From positions 13,591-77,590 of the forward strand of contig DATELB010000123.1 of NCBI GenBank assembly GCA_035277085.1: a stretch of 64,000 nt of DNA. The letters run 5' to 3'. This document shows positions 1 through 9,110 of this stretch, in pieces; position 1 is the first letter of the stretch, and every line of letters starts with the position of its first letter. The position numbers were made by a program, and so were the translations under genes. Under the pieces are notes generated by a model that was not told the DNA's origin, made no database searches, and saw only the letters and a list, made by a program, of their open reading frames with translations. Source of the DNA: Nitrospira sp. GTDB taxonomy: Bacteria; Nitrospirota; Nitrospiria; Nitrospirales; Nitrospiraceae.

Positions 1-323
1 TCAGACGGCGCGTCCGCGGCGCGGCGGGGCACCAGTTCTTTTTCGAGATGGACGGTAAGAAACTTGATGATGTTGTCTTCGAGGCGGTACGCGTGTTCCA
101 ACTCACCCACCGTATTGTTGGGAGCCTTGAAATAAAAGTATACGTAAGTGCCTTTTCGCTCCCGCCGGACTTCGTAGGCCAGCTTCTTGCGGCCCCAATT
201 CTCGGACTTGATGAACTGCGCGCCGGTTCGGTCGGCGACGCCTTTCATCTTCTCGATGAGCGCATTTGTCTCCTCGTCGGAGACGGACGGACGAATAATG
301 AACAGAGACTCGTAGAGCTCCAT
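1..323 (-). CDS. rpsF: 30S ribosomal protein S6, 3' end runs off the window; absent from the ORF track
   Basis: Manual translation from ATG at 323 gives MELYESLFIIRPSVSDEETNALIEKMKGVADRTGAQFIKSENWGRKKLAYEVRRERKGTYVYFYF...LEDNIIKFLTV. This has the S6 motifs YE.hFIIRP and WG.KKLAYE. SD GGAGGA at 336-331. Confidence 0.96.
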   Translation of the reverse strand, partial: MELYESLFIIRPSVSDEETNALIEKMKGVADRTGAQFIKSENWGRKKLAYEVRRERKGTYVYFYFKAPNNTVGELEHAYRLEDNIIKFLTVHLEKELVPRRAADAPS

Positions 324-331
324 GCAGCGAT

Positions 332-372
332 CCTCCTGGACAAGGCCCCGGAACGCATCCGGAGCGAGGTGT
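332..372 (-). ncRNA. Candidate S6:S18-binding rpsF leader (autoregulatory mRNA structure)
   Basis: Minus strand reads CCU-c-GCUCCGGA-ugcgu-UCCGGGGC-CUUGUCC-AGGAGG. An 8-bp inner hairpin sits inside an outer CCU/AGG pair that covers the SD. This resembles known rpsF leaders, but has CCU where CCR is expected. Confidence 0.45.
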
Positions 373-403
373 AGGCGCAGCCTGAGATGGCGGCGAAGCC
401 GAG

Positions 404-433
404 AACCTAACACAGCCGAAACGGCTGATGCAA
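404..433 (-). promoter_or_regulatory. Sigma70-type promoter of rpsF
   Basis: TTGCAT (433-428), 18-nt spacer, extended -10 TG-T-TAGGTT (412-404). Confidence 0.5.
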
Positions 434-509
434 ATAGGGTTTTTTCCGATTGACTCTGAGTCTGTTCTTTGTAACCATTGGATACACATAAAGCTCGTAG
501 CCTGTACCA

Positions 510-1688
510 ATGGAACGGCAGATCGCCTGTTTATTCATTCCTGCCTTCGAAATTGCGCTGGCCCGCACGGACAATGCGGCGCTCCGGAATCGACCGGTCG
601 CCGTGGCCCCTGTTCATACCTCGCGGGCATTGATTCGCGAAGTGTCCCTTGAAGCGTCGCAGGAAGGCCTCCAGCCTGGCATGTCCGTCGAACTGGCGCG
701 GATGCTGTGTCCGGCTGTACGGATCGTTGCGCCGGACTCCTCGCGTGTGCAGGCGGCGCATCACGAACTGCAACAGCGAGCGCTCGCCTGTGCGCCGGCA
801 TGGGAATCGATCAGACCCGGCTCGCTGTTTCTTGACTTCACAGGCACGACCCGGCTGTTCGGTCCGCCGATCGATACGGCCACCCGTCTCGGCCGCGAAC
901 TGACCCGTCACCAGGGATGGCACAGCGTCATCGGATTGGCGGGCAGCAAGCTCGTCTCCCAATTGGCTGCCACCATGCTGAAACGACCGCCACAAGTCCT
1001 CTGGATTCATCCCGGCTCCGAACCGCCCTTTCTCGCTCCCCTGTCGTCGATGTTGCTGCCCGGCCTCTCGCGCACCTCGACTTCACCGGTGATGCAGCGG
1101 CTCGAGGATTTGAACCTGCGTACGCTCGGAGCCATCGCCTCGGTGTCGCTGGCACATCTGGAAGCGGCATTCGGCGCGTCCGCCGCTCTCCTGCATAACT
1201 GGGCGTTAGGCATCGATCCTTCGCCCGTGCATCCGCCTGCCGCACAGCCGGTCATCGAACGGACCATCGTTCTCGACCCGGATGAAGTGGACGACTCTCT
1301 GCTCCTCGGACGGCTGTATGGCGTGCTGGAGAAACTCTGCGCCTTACTCCGGGAGCAGCAACGGGTCTGTCGGCGGCTGCGGCTCTCCATCCGGCACAGC
1401 GACCACGTCGAGCACACCGTGCATGAACGATTGCCGCAGGGCACCTGCTGGGAAGCCGATCTTCAACCGGTGCTCACGCGTCTGTTCTACCGGTGTCTGC
1501 GCCGGCGAGTACGCCTGACACGGCTAACGTTGCAGGCCGAGAGATTGGAGCTGCCGGCCGAGCAACTGTCGCTGTTTGATGAGGCAGCGCCGGTCCGGCC
1601 GTCATCCCATCGGCTGTCCACCGCCCTGGACGTCATTCGAGCGAGATTCGGCGAGCGCTCTGTGCGCTGGGGGAAAACGTTGCGATGA
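510..1688 (+). CDS. ImuB-like, catalytically inactive Y-family (DinB-fold) polymerase
   Basis: Y-family layout (RPVAV, ASREG...GM, G.SKLVSQLA, little-finger domain). Catalytic carboxylates are missing: ACLFIPAF replaces DxDxFY and SIRPGSLFLD replaces SIDE. C-terminal beta-clamp motif QLSLF. Stop overlaps the dnaE2 start (ATGA). Confidence 0.85.
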   Translation: MERQIACLFIPAFEIALARTDNAALRNRPVAVAPVHTSRALIREVSLEASQEGLQPGMSVELARMLCPAVRIVAPDSSRVQAAHHELQQRALACAPAWESIRPGSLFLDFTGTTRLFGPPIDTATRLGRELTRHQGWHSVIGLAGSKLVSQLAATMLKRPPQVLWIHPGSEPPFLAPLSSMLLPGLSRTSTSPVMQRLEDLNLRTLGAIASVSLAHLEAAFGASAALLHNWALGIDPSPVHPPAAQPVIERTIVLDPDEVDDSLLLGRLYGVLEKLCALLREQQRVCRRLRLSIRHSDHVEHTVHERLPQGTCWEADLQPVLTRLFYRCLRRRVRLTRLTLQAERLELPAEQLSLFDEAAPVRPSSHRLSTALDVIRARFGERSVRWGKTLR

Positions 1689-4600
1689 CGCCCGCTTTCG
1701 TCCACCTGCACGTGCATTCGGAGTATTCGGCCATGCGTGGCGTGTCGTCCTTGGAACTCCTGTGCCGCTCCGCTCAGCGGTGCGGATTTCCCGCCATGGC
1801 CTTGACGGATACCAACGGATTGTATGGCGCGATCAGGTTCGTCGAAGAGGCCCGCCAACATGGCCTTCGCCCGATCCTCGGCGCCGAGTTGACGACCGGT
1901 GATCACCGGGCAATTCTCTTGGTCAAGACACCGGATGGGTATGCTTCACTCTGCCAACTCCTGTCGGAGCGGCATACCAACCTCTCATTTGACTTTCTCG
2001 AAGCCGTGCCGCGTTTTCGAGACGGCTTAATCGTGGCGACCGACGATGAATCTGCGCTTGTGCGATGGGCGGGGGAATCTCGGGAAGATCTCTACGTGGA
2101 ATTGACTCCCGGGCCGGCGATGCATCCCACTCTTTTGCTCAGCCGCCGCCTCGGGCTCCCACCGGTCGCCACCAACCGTGTGCATTTTTCCCGCGCCCAG
2201 GAATTTTCGACGCATCGGTTGTTGCGCGCCATCGCGATGAATACAACCCTCTCACGGCTGCGGGACGACGAGTGCGCCGCCCCGGCGCAATGGCTGATGT
2301 CCGGCGTCTGCATGGCGCGGCATTTCCCTCATGTTCCTGAGGCCTTGGAAAACACCGTTCGCATCGCCGAAGCCTGCCATAGCGAATGGCGTTTCGGCGA
2401 GACAATTTTTCCTGCCTTCCGCCGAATGAAGGATGAGGAGGCCTTTGCCCTCCTGAAAGAGAAAACCTACGACGGAGCGCTCGGACGCTACGGCAGTCTG
2501 TCGCGGGAAGTCCGTGAACGAATCGACAAGGAATTGACGGTCATCCGGCAGAAACGTTTCGCCCATTATTTTCTCGTCGTCGAGGAAATCGTCCGCCAGG
2601 CGCCTCGTACGTGTGGTCGGGGTTCAGTCGCCGCGTCGATCGTTTCCTTTTGCCTTCAGATCACGCATGTCGACCCGCTGAAACATCACTTGTTCTTCGA
2701 ACGGTTTTTGAGCCCCGGCCGTAAAGATCCGCCGGATATCGACATTGATTTTCCGTGGGACGAGCGGGACCCGATCCTCAACTGGGTGTTCCGGCAATAC
2801 GGTGAGCGCCAGGCGGCAATGGTCGCAAATCAAAACAGCCTCGGCTTCCGCGCGGCGATCCGCGAAACAGCGAAGGTCTATGGGATTCCCGCCGCGGAAA
2901 TCACGGCGGTCGCCGCGCGTGTCACCAGGCAACAAGCGCTTTTGCACTTTGCCCAGGCGCCGACCAATGAGCAATGGATCCGCCGGCTGTGCCGGGCTCT
3001 GACCCTCCAGGCGCCGTGGCCCTCCATTCTCAGAGACGCGCTTCAGACGCAAAATCATTTTCGCCATTTGTCAATGCACTGCGGCGGCGTCGTCATCGTT
3101 CCCGACGACATCCGACGGTATGTCCCCGTCGAGTTCACCGTGAAACGTCTGCCCGTCATTCAATGGGAAAAGGATCAAACGGAGGAGGCTGGGCTCGTCA
3201 AGATCGACCTGTTGGGAAACCGGTCGCTGGCCGTCATTCGCGACGCCATTGCCGCGGTAGCCAGTCATACCGGGCGGATCATCGATTATGCCGCATGGGA
3301 TCCGCTGAACGACGAGAGCACACAGGATCTCATCCGGCACGGCGATACCATCGGTTGTTTTTACATCGAATCTCCAGCCACCAGGCTTTTGCTCAGAAAG
3401 CTGTGGAATGGCATGCCGTCGGACCGCCTCGCGTCGGCCGACGTCTTCGAGTATCTGGTGATGGTGTCGTCGCTGGTCCGGCCGGCGGCAATCACCTTCG
3501 TGAACGACTTCATCCGGCGGGCGCATGGGGAAGCACATCGCCCCCTACATCCCTTGATGGAATCCATTTTACAAGAGACGCACGGCATCATGGTCTATCA
3601 GGAGGATGTCACGAAAGTCGCCATGGCGCTCGCCGATTTTTCGTTCGACGATGCGGATCAACTCCGCAAGGTCATCAGCAAAAAGCATAAGCACCGGCAA
3701 CTGCGGGATTATTACCACCAGTTCTGTCGCGGCGCCGCGAACAACGGTGCATCAGCCGCCACGATCGACAAGATTTGGAGGATGATCATGAGCTTTTCGG
3801 GCTACAGTTTCTGCAAGCCTCATTCGGCGAGCTATGCCCAGGTATCGTTCAAATCCGCCTATCTCCGTGCACACTACCCGGCTGAATTCATGGCGGCCGT
3901 CCTCAGCAATGAAGGCGGCTTTTATTCGACCTTTGCCTATCTTTCGGAGGCACGGCGGATGGGCCTGGCGATTCTGCCGCCGGATGTGAATGCCAGTGAC
4001 TGGGCCTATTCCGGTGAGGGAGACCGGCTGCGGATGGGCTTGATGCAAGTGAAGACCATCCCAAAAGCGCTGGGCACCAAGATTATGGCGGAGCGCGCCG
4101 AGAGTGGCCCTTACCGGTCGTTTCATGATTTTTTACGGCGCGTGAACCCGGAAGTCGGGCATAGCCGCGCCCTGGTCCGCGCCGGGTGCTGCGATTCCCT
4201 CTCAGGTGAGCTGACGAGGCCCGCCTTATTATGGCGGTTGTATGCCGGACCCCAAGCCGAATCCGGTCCATTACCCGTCCCGGACGAGTATCCCGCCTCT
4301 CAAAAACGGACGCATGAGATCGAGTCGTTCGGGTTTCTCGCCAGCCGTCATCCCTTGACGCTGTACCGCAAGCCGATCGAGCAGCTGCAGCCGGTACCCG
4401 CCTCAGAAATGCACCGGTTCATCGGAAGCCGCATTACCATGGTGGGATGGCTCATCACCGAGAAGCCCGTTGAAACCAAACAGGGTCAGGCGATGGAATT
4501 CATTACCCTCGAAGATTGCACCGCCCTCTACGATGCGACGCTCTTTCCCGAGGTGTATCGGCGTTGCAGTCATCTACTGTCAGCCAACCGCGCCTATCTC

Positions 4601-4777
4601 GTCGAAGGACTCGTTGAAGCGTCCTTCGGTGTCGTGACGCTCACGGTGCTCGAGCTACGCAGCCTGGAGTCCGGGCCAGACGACGACCGCCCGAAAAGAT
4701 CCGATCCACAAACATGGTATGATGATCCATGCGACGCCTCGTCCGATCCGCCCGTTCATTTCTTCCGGCTCACCTGA
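1685..4777 (+). CDS. dnaE2: Error-prone DNA polymerase III alpha subunit (DnaE2/ImuC)
   Basis: 1030 aa. PHP domain (HLHVHSEYS, TDTNGLYG), RGSVAASIV, PPDIDIDF, KIDLLG, GYSFCKPHSASYA, C-terminal OB fold. Directly follows the imuB-like gene. Confidence 0.88.
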   Translation: MTPAFVHLHVHSEYSAMRGVSSLELLCRSAQRCGFPAMALTDTNGLYGAIRFVEEARQHGLRPILGAELTTGDHRAILLVKTPDGYASLCQLLSERHTNLSFDFLEAVPRFRDGLIVATDDESALVRWAGESREDLYVELTPGPAMHPTLLLSRRLGLPPVATNRVHFSRAQEFSTHRLLRAIAMNTTLSRLRDDECAAPAQWLMSGVCMARHFPHVPEALENTVRIAEACHSEWRFGETIFPAFRRMKDEEAFALLKEKTYDGALGRYGSLSREVRERIDKELTVIRQKRFAHYFLVVEEIVRQAPRTCGRGSVAASIVSFCLQITHVDPLKHHLFFERFLSPGRKDPPDIDIDFPWDERDPILNWVFRQYGERQAAMVANQNSLGFRAAIRETAKVYGIPAAEITAVAARVTRQQALLHFAQAPTNEQWIRRLCRALTLQAPWPSILRDALQTQNHFRHLSMHCGGVVIVPDDIRRYVPVEFTVKRLPVIQWEKDQTEEAGLVKIDLLGNRSLAVIRDAIAAVASHTGRIIDYAAWDPLNDESTQDLIRHGDTIGCFYIESPATRLLLRKLWNGMPSDRLASADVFEYLVMVSSLVRPAAITFVNDFIRRAHGEAHRPLHPLMESILQETHGIMVYQEDVTKVAMALADFSFDDADQLRKVISKKHKHRQLRDYYHQFCRGAANNGASAATIDKIWRMIMSFSGYSFCKPHSASYAQVSFKSAYLRAHYPAEFMAAVLSNEGGFYSTFAYLSEARRMGLAILPPDVNASDWAYSGEGDRLRMGLMQVKTIPKALGTKIMAERAESGPYRSFHDFLRRVNPEVGHSRALVRAGCCDSLSGELTRPALLWRLYAGPQAESGPLPVPDEYPASQKRTHEIESFGFLASRHPLTLYRKPIEQLQPVPASEMHRFIGSRITMVGWLITEKPVETKQGQAMEFITLEDCTALYDATLFPEVYRRCSHLLSANRAYLVEGLVEASFGVVTLTVLELRSLESGPDDDRPKRSDPQTWYDDPCDASSDPPVHFFRLT

Positions 4778-5370
4778 CCATGGCTCAATTACGGGAGTCC
4801 TCAGCCGCGTGCACCGGATGCGACTTGTACAAGCATGCCACTCAAACCGTCTTTGGCGAAGGAAGCGTCCATGCGTCGCTCCTGTTCGTCGGCGAACAGC
4901 CGGGCGATCAGGAAGACCTGGCCGGAAAACCCTTTGTCGGTCCCGCGGGGAGAATGCTGGACAAGGCTCTGGCTGAAAGCGGCATTGCCCGTCGCGACGT
5001 CTACGTCACCAATGCCGTGAAGCACTTCAAGTGGGAGCCGCAGGGAAAACGCCGGAAGCACAAAAAACCGTCCGCTACGGAAATTGCGGCATGCCGGCCC
5101 TGGCTGGAAGCGGAAACACAGCTCGTAAAGCCGCGCGTCGTCGTCTGCCTTGGCGTCACCGCGGCTCAATCCGTGTTCGGCAAGACCGTCCGGCTCAACG
5201 AACTGAGGGGACGGGCGTGGAGCACGCCGCTTGCGGCCACCGTGTTCGTGACGGTGCATCCGTCGGCGCTCCTTCGACATCCTGAGCCAGCCGAACGAGA
5301 GCGCGAATACCGGCGCTTCGTCGAAGATCTCGAAAGCATCCGGAAGCATCTGCGGTCGAAGGCCGCATAA
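4729..5370 (+). CDS. udgX: UdgX-family uracil-DNA binding protein / glycosylase
   Basis: CTGC, GEQPGDQED, NAVKHFK, R-loop GKRRKHKKP (KRRIH in M. smegmatis UdgX), ACRPWL, TVHPS. The N-terminus SARSFLP matches the UdgX start, so the gene overlaps the dnaE2 3' end by 49 nt. Confidence 0.88.
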   Translation: MRRLVRSARSFLPAHLTMAQLRESSAACTGCDLYKHATQTVFGEGSVHASLLFVGEQPGDQEDLAGKPFVGPAGRMLDKALAESGIARRDVYVTNAVKHFKWEPQGKRRKHKKPSATEIAACRPWLEAETQLVKPRVVVCLGVTAAQSVFGKTVRLNELRGRAWSTPLAATVFVTVHPSALLRHPEPAEREREYRRFVEDLESIRKHLRSKAA

Positions 5371-5379
5371 ACGAAATTC

Positions 5380-5952
5380 ATGCGGCGAAGACCGTCTTTC
5401 GCTAAGCCCTGCCTCCTCATCATCGACATGATCAATGAATTCGACTTTGACGGCAGCGCACGGCTGCTGCCGGCGATCGAACGGACAGCCCGCCGCATCG
5501 CTGCCGTCAAACGGCGCATGAAACGCGTACGCTGCCCTGTCGTATACGTGAACGACAATTTCGGAAAGTGGCGGTCCGATTTCCGAACATTGCTGGCCCG
5601 TTGCTTAAACGAGCAGTGTCGCGGGAAGCAGGTCGCAAGAATCCTCGCGCCGGAAGGCGACGATTACTTCGTGTTAAAACCGAAGCATTCAGCTTTTTAT
5701 GCGACGCCGCTCGAACTCCTGCTCCGCTATCTGAAAGTCGACGGAGTGGTCATCACCGGCATCGCAGGCGATAACTGCGTGTTGTTCACCGCCGCCGACG
5801 CCTACATGCGCGAATTCAGCATCGCCGTTCCGGCTGATTGCGTCGTGTCTTTGAATGAGGACAGGAATCGATCGGCGCTGGAACACATGCGGGCATCCCT
5901 CAAGGCTGATACCCGGCCCTCGGGGAAGATACGTTTTCGTCGTGCGGCGTAA
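5380..5952 (+). CDS. Isochorismatase/cysteine hydrolase family protein
   Basis: Asp-Lys-Cys triad context: LLIIDMINEF, KPKHSAFY, GIAGDNCVLFTAADA. Confidence 0.88.
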   Translation: MRRRPSFAKPCLLIIDMINEFDFDGSARLLPAIERTARRIAAVKRRMKRVRCPVVYVNDNFGKWRSDFRTLLARCLNEQCRGKQVARILAPEGDDYFVLKPKHSAFYATPLELLLRYLKVDGVVITGIAGDNCVLFTAADAYMREFSIAVPADCVVSLNEDRNRSALEHMRASLKADTRPSGKIRFRRAA

Positions 5953-5974
5953 TGCGACCGAGAGATCGCGTCAC

Positions 5975-6586
5975 TTACCTGGCGGTTTCAAACCAGTAAA
6001 TCACTTCGAACAGATGCAGATCCGTGCCGCGGCTCTCTGAGCCATAAATGGTCGCGTCCGAATAGTGTTGAAAATGATACCCCGCGCCAAACGGACCGGC
6101 GAAGCGGCTTGTGATACCGAACGTCCATACGAATTGAAAAGGACCGCCGAAATCCTGCGATCCAAATGTCTGGCGGGTGAAGAGGCCGCCGCCGGCGCCC
6201 ATATCGATCGTGACGAGTCCGTCCTTGCGACCGAAGGCGATGTCGAGCGGGACGAATGTGAACACGCCAGCGGTGTCTTGCGCGCCCCTGAGGACACCGG
6301 CGGAGCCGAGCATGCGCATTCTGAAAATCCAGCCGGAGCCGACTTCCCACTCCCACGGGAGCCGCGCGGTGAGGGCGACATCACCCTGGTAGAACTTCTC
6401 CCTTTGTTCTTCGCCAAGCGGGGATCCGCCGCTGAATCCCCCTCTGAGCTGAAACGATTCAAGCGCGAGTTCGCCCGAGGTACTCAGGGACGGAAGTGAA
6501 ATAATAAGCCCTGAGACTGCCAGACTTCTGCAGAGCGACAGACGGACCCTCCGAATAGGTGCCGATAGGCCGGCGTGCTCGCTCAT
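5975..6586 (-). CDS. PagL-like acyloxyacyl hydrolase (lipid A deacylase-type outer-membrane barrel)
   Basis: Signal-like N-terminus, amphipathic beta strands, DFGGPFQF and YHFQHYSDA (PagL H-x-S-N-A motif, with Asp in place of Asn). Confidence 0.65.
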   Translation of the reverse strand: MSEHAGLSAPIRRVRLSLCRSLAVSGLIISLPSLSTSGELALESFQLRGGFSGGSPLGEEQREKFYQGDVALTARLPWEWEVGSGWIFRMRMLGSAGVLRGAQDTAGVFTFVPLDIAFGRKDGLVTIDMGAGGGLFTRQTFGSQDFGGPFQFVWTFGITSRFAGPFGAGYHFQHYSDATIYGSESRGTDLHLFEVIYWFETAR

Positions 6587-7674
6587 ACGTTGAATCGGAA
6601 GTACACAATATCACCTTCCTGCAGGACGTATTCTTTACCCTCGAGCCGGAAGAGCCCTTTCTCTTTCACCTTGGCTTCCGATCCGCAGGCCATCAGATCA
6701 TCATAGTGATAGACTTCGGCCCGGATGAAGCCGCGCTCCATATCTGAATGGATTTTGCCGGCCGCCTGGGGCGCCTTCGTATGTTTCGGGATAGGCCACG
6801 CCCGCGATTCCGTCTCTCCGGCGGTGAAGAACGTGATGAGATCGAGGAGTGCATACGCTTCGCGCGTGAGGCGGACGAGGCCGGACTCGGTTAATCCCAT
6901 TTCGCCGAGAAAGTCTCCCCGTTCTTCGTCAGGCAACGTTGAGAGTTCGGCTTCAAACTGGCCGCAGATTGTGACGACTCGCGCCGAGCGCTTTTCTGCA
7001 AAGTCGCGGACCATATTGACCATCATCGCATCGGCAGTCTGTTGTTCGGACACGTTGGCCACAAACAGGACGGGCTTCGCAGCGAGCAGCTGGCACTCAT
7101 TGAGAATAAGCCGCTCCTCGGGCGTATAAGGGAGGTTGCCCAGCCATTCTCCCTTGTCCAGCAGGGCCATCAGCCTCGCGAGAAATTCGACTTCAAACGC
7201 GGCTTTTTTATCACCGGCACGGACCTTCTTGTCTGTTTTCTGCTTGCGGCGATCGAGCGTTTCGAGATCTGCCAGCATGAGTTCGGTTTCAATGACGCCG
7301 ATGTCTCTGAGAGGATTTACCGTGCCGCTCACGTGCACGACATCGCTTCCCTGGAAACACCGTACGACGTGCAACAGGGCGTCGACTTCCCGAATATGGC
7401 CAAGGAATTGATTGCCCAGTCCTTCCCCTTTGCTCGCCCCTTCCACCAAGCCGGCAATGTCACGGACTTCCAGCGTGCTATACGTGGTTTTTTTGGACTT
7501 GAAAATGTCGGTCAGCGTGCGCAACCGCGGATCCGGCACGAGCGCAATTCCGGTATTCGGATCGACAGTGGCAAACGGATAATTCGCAGCCAGCGCACCG
7601 GCGGCAGTCAGTGCATTGAAGACGGTGGTCTTTCCCACGTTCGGAAGCCCGATCATGCCGCAACACAGTGCCAT
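6583..7674 (-). CDS. ychF: Redox-regulated ATPase YchF
   Basis: GMIGLPNVGKTT, ANYPFATVDPN, DIAGLVEGASKGEGLGNQFL, C-terminal TGS domain ending DIVYFRFNV. Confidence 0.98.
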   Translation of the reverse strand: MALCCGMIGLPNVGKTTVFNALTAAGALAANYPFATVDPNTGIALVPDPRLRTLTDIFKSKKTTYSTLEVRDIAGLVEGASKGEGLGNQFLGHIREVDALLHVVRCFQGSDVVHVSGTVNPLRDIGVIETELMLADLETLDRRKQKTDKKVRAGDKKAAFEVEFLARLMALLDKGEWLGNLPYTPEERLILNECQLLAAKPVLFVANVSEQQTADAMMVNMVRDFAEKRSARVVTICGQFEAELSTLPDEERGDFLGEMGLTESGLVRLTREAYALLDLITFFTAGETESRAWPIPKHTKAPQAAGKIHSDMERGFIRAEVYHYDDLMACGSEAKVKEKGLFRLEGKEYVLQEGDIVYFRFNV

Positions 7675-7676
7675 GC

Positions 7677-8270
7677 CTACCCCGTCGAGTCCTCTCTGCC
7701 GTTGTCCCGGTCCCGGACGTTGAATTGATTCATTGCAGTCTCAGTCCCGCGGTGAATCAGTGCTTCCAGCGCGTCGACGGCTCGCTCGAGGCAAGGCTCG
7801 ATGATCTCCATCTCCTTGTCAGTAACGGCCTCCAGGACGTACTCGGCAGAGTCTTGTCCTGGCGCCGGACGTCCGATGCCGATCTTCAGCCGGAGGAACT
7901 CGGACGTGCCGAGAGCGTCGATCACCGACCTGATGCCGTTGTGCCCGCCGTGGCCGCCCGATTGCTTGATGCGCAGGCGGCCGGGCTCCAAATCCAAATC
8001 GTCGTGGACGAGAATGAGATCGTCGGGGGAGAGCTGATACTCGCGGAGTAGGCCTTTAAGCGGCGGCCCTGTGACGTTCATGAAATCGAGCGTGCCGGCG
8101 AGTTCTATCAGTTCCGATCCTTGCCGAACCGACGCCCGCTGCGCCCAACCGCTCCTGACGAGGCGACCAGCCCAACGCGCGGCAGCCTTCTCGATCACCC
8201 AGAAGCCGGCGTTGTGACGGGTCTTGGCGTATGTCGCGCCCGGGTTTCCCAGTCCTAGGATGAGGCGCAA
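7677..8270 (-). CDS. pth: Peptidyl-tRNA hydrolase
   Basis: GLGNPG, TRHNAGF, HDDLDL, GGHNG, RLKIGIGRP. Confidence 0.98.
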   Translation of the reverse strand: MRLILGLGNPGATYAKTRHNAGFWVIEKAAARWAGRLVRSGWAQRASVRQGSELIELAGTLDFMNVTGPPLKGLLREYQLSPDDLILVHDDLDLEPGRLRIKQSGGHGGHNGIRSVIDALGTSEFLRLKIGIGRPAPGQDSAEYVLEAVTDKEMEIIEPCLERAVDALEALIHRGTETAMNQFNVRDRDNGREDSTG

Positions 8271-8272
8271 CG

Positions 8273-9079
8273 TTATTTCTTCTTCTCGGCTTCCTTCTTC
8301 TCCGCTTTTGGAGCTGCGGCAGCTGCGGCGCCTTCTTTCTTGTCTCCCGCCTTCGCCTCCGTACCGGCCGCTGGGGCAGCAGCTCCGGCAGCGCCAGGAG
8401 CAGCCGCAGCTTCCGCGCCTTCGACCGCTGCCTTACCCTTAGCCGCCACTTCCGGTTCCTTGGACCCTTCCGGACCGGCGGCTTGACTCGTCAGCAAGGC
8501 TTCGAGTTTGGCATCGGACATCGGGACCGCAACGCTGACCACCATTTGATCCGGATCGTCGAGATACCGCACGCCATCTAATTTGGTCATTTCCTTCAGA
8601 TGGATGCCCTGGCCGATCGCGAGGGCCGAGGCATCGACTTCAATATGGTCCGGAAGCGCCCCCGGCAAACACTCGACGTGCAGTTCCCTCGTATTATAGT
8701 GGAGGATGCCTCCCTCTTTGACGCCGGTCGGAGTGCCGCCAATCACATGGACCGGTACTTTGACACGGATCGGCTTGTCCATCGAAATTTCGAAGAGATC
8801 CGCGTGCAGGACTTGTCCTTCGACCGGATCCACCTGGAAGTCGCGCAACAACGCCGTCCGTTTCGGGTTAGATTTCGCCCCATTGACGGTCAACGTAATG
8901 AGCGCCGTACTGCCGGCCTGAGACTTGAGAATCCTCGTCAACGGTTCAGGCTCGATCATCAACAACAAACACTCGCCCTGGCCATACAGCACGGCGGGAA
9001 CTTTCCCGCTTCGCCGAAGCTGACGTGCTGCGCCTTTTCCGGATTTTTCCCTCACCGTCACTGCCAAATCGAATTTCAT
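8273..9079 (-). CDS. rplY: 50S ribosomal protein L25/CTC with Ala/Lys/Glu-rich tail
   Basis: GKGAARQLRRSGKVPAVLYG, Q.DPV....LHADL, GVKEGG, CTC-type C-terminal domain. Confidence 0.96.
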   Translation of the reverse strand: MKFDLAVTVREKSGKGAARQLRRSGKVPAVLYGQGECLLLMIEPEPLTRILKSQAGSTALITLTVNGAKSNPKRTALLRDFQVDPVEGQVLHADLFEISMDKPIRVKVPVHVIGGTPTGVKEGGILHYNTRELHVECLPGALPDHIEVDASALAIGQGIHLKEMTKLDGVRYLDDPDQMVVSVAVPMSDAKLEALLTSQAAGPEGSKEPEVAAKGKAAVEGAEAAAAPGAAGAAAPAAGTEAKAGDKKEGAAAAAAPKAEKKEAEKKK

Positions 9080-9110
9080 GATGCTCCTCGCTCTCCCTTA
9101 ATGACGCTGC

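Noticed and set aside
48-510. ORF-track calls 48..374(+) and 103..510(-)
   Set aside because: Shadow and off-frame ORFs of rpsF, which is the real gene (323 to 1, minus strand).
1685-4777. Intein or frameshift in DnaE2
   Set aside because: Continuous ORF of normal length with no intein splice motifs.
8273-8500. Ala/Lys/Glu-rich low-complexity tail of L25
   Set aside because: Such tails are common on CTC-type L25 proteins.
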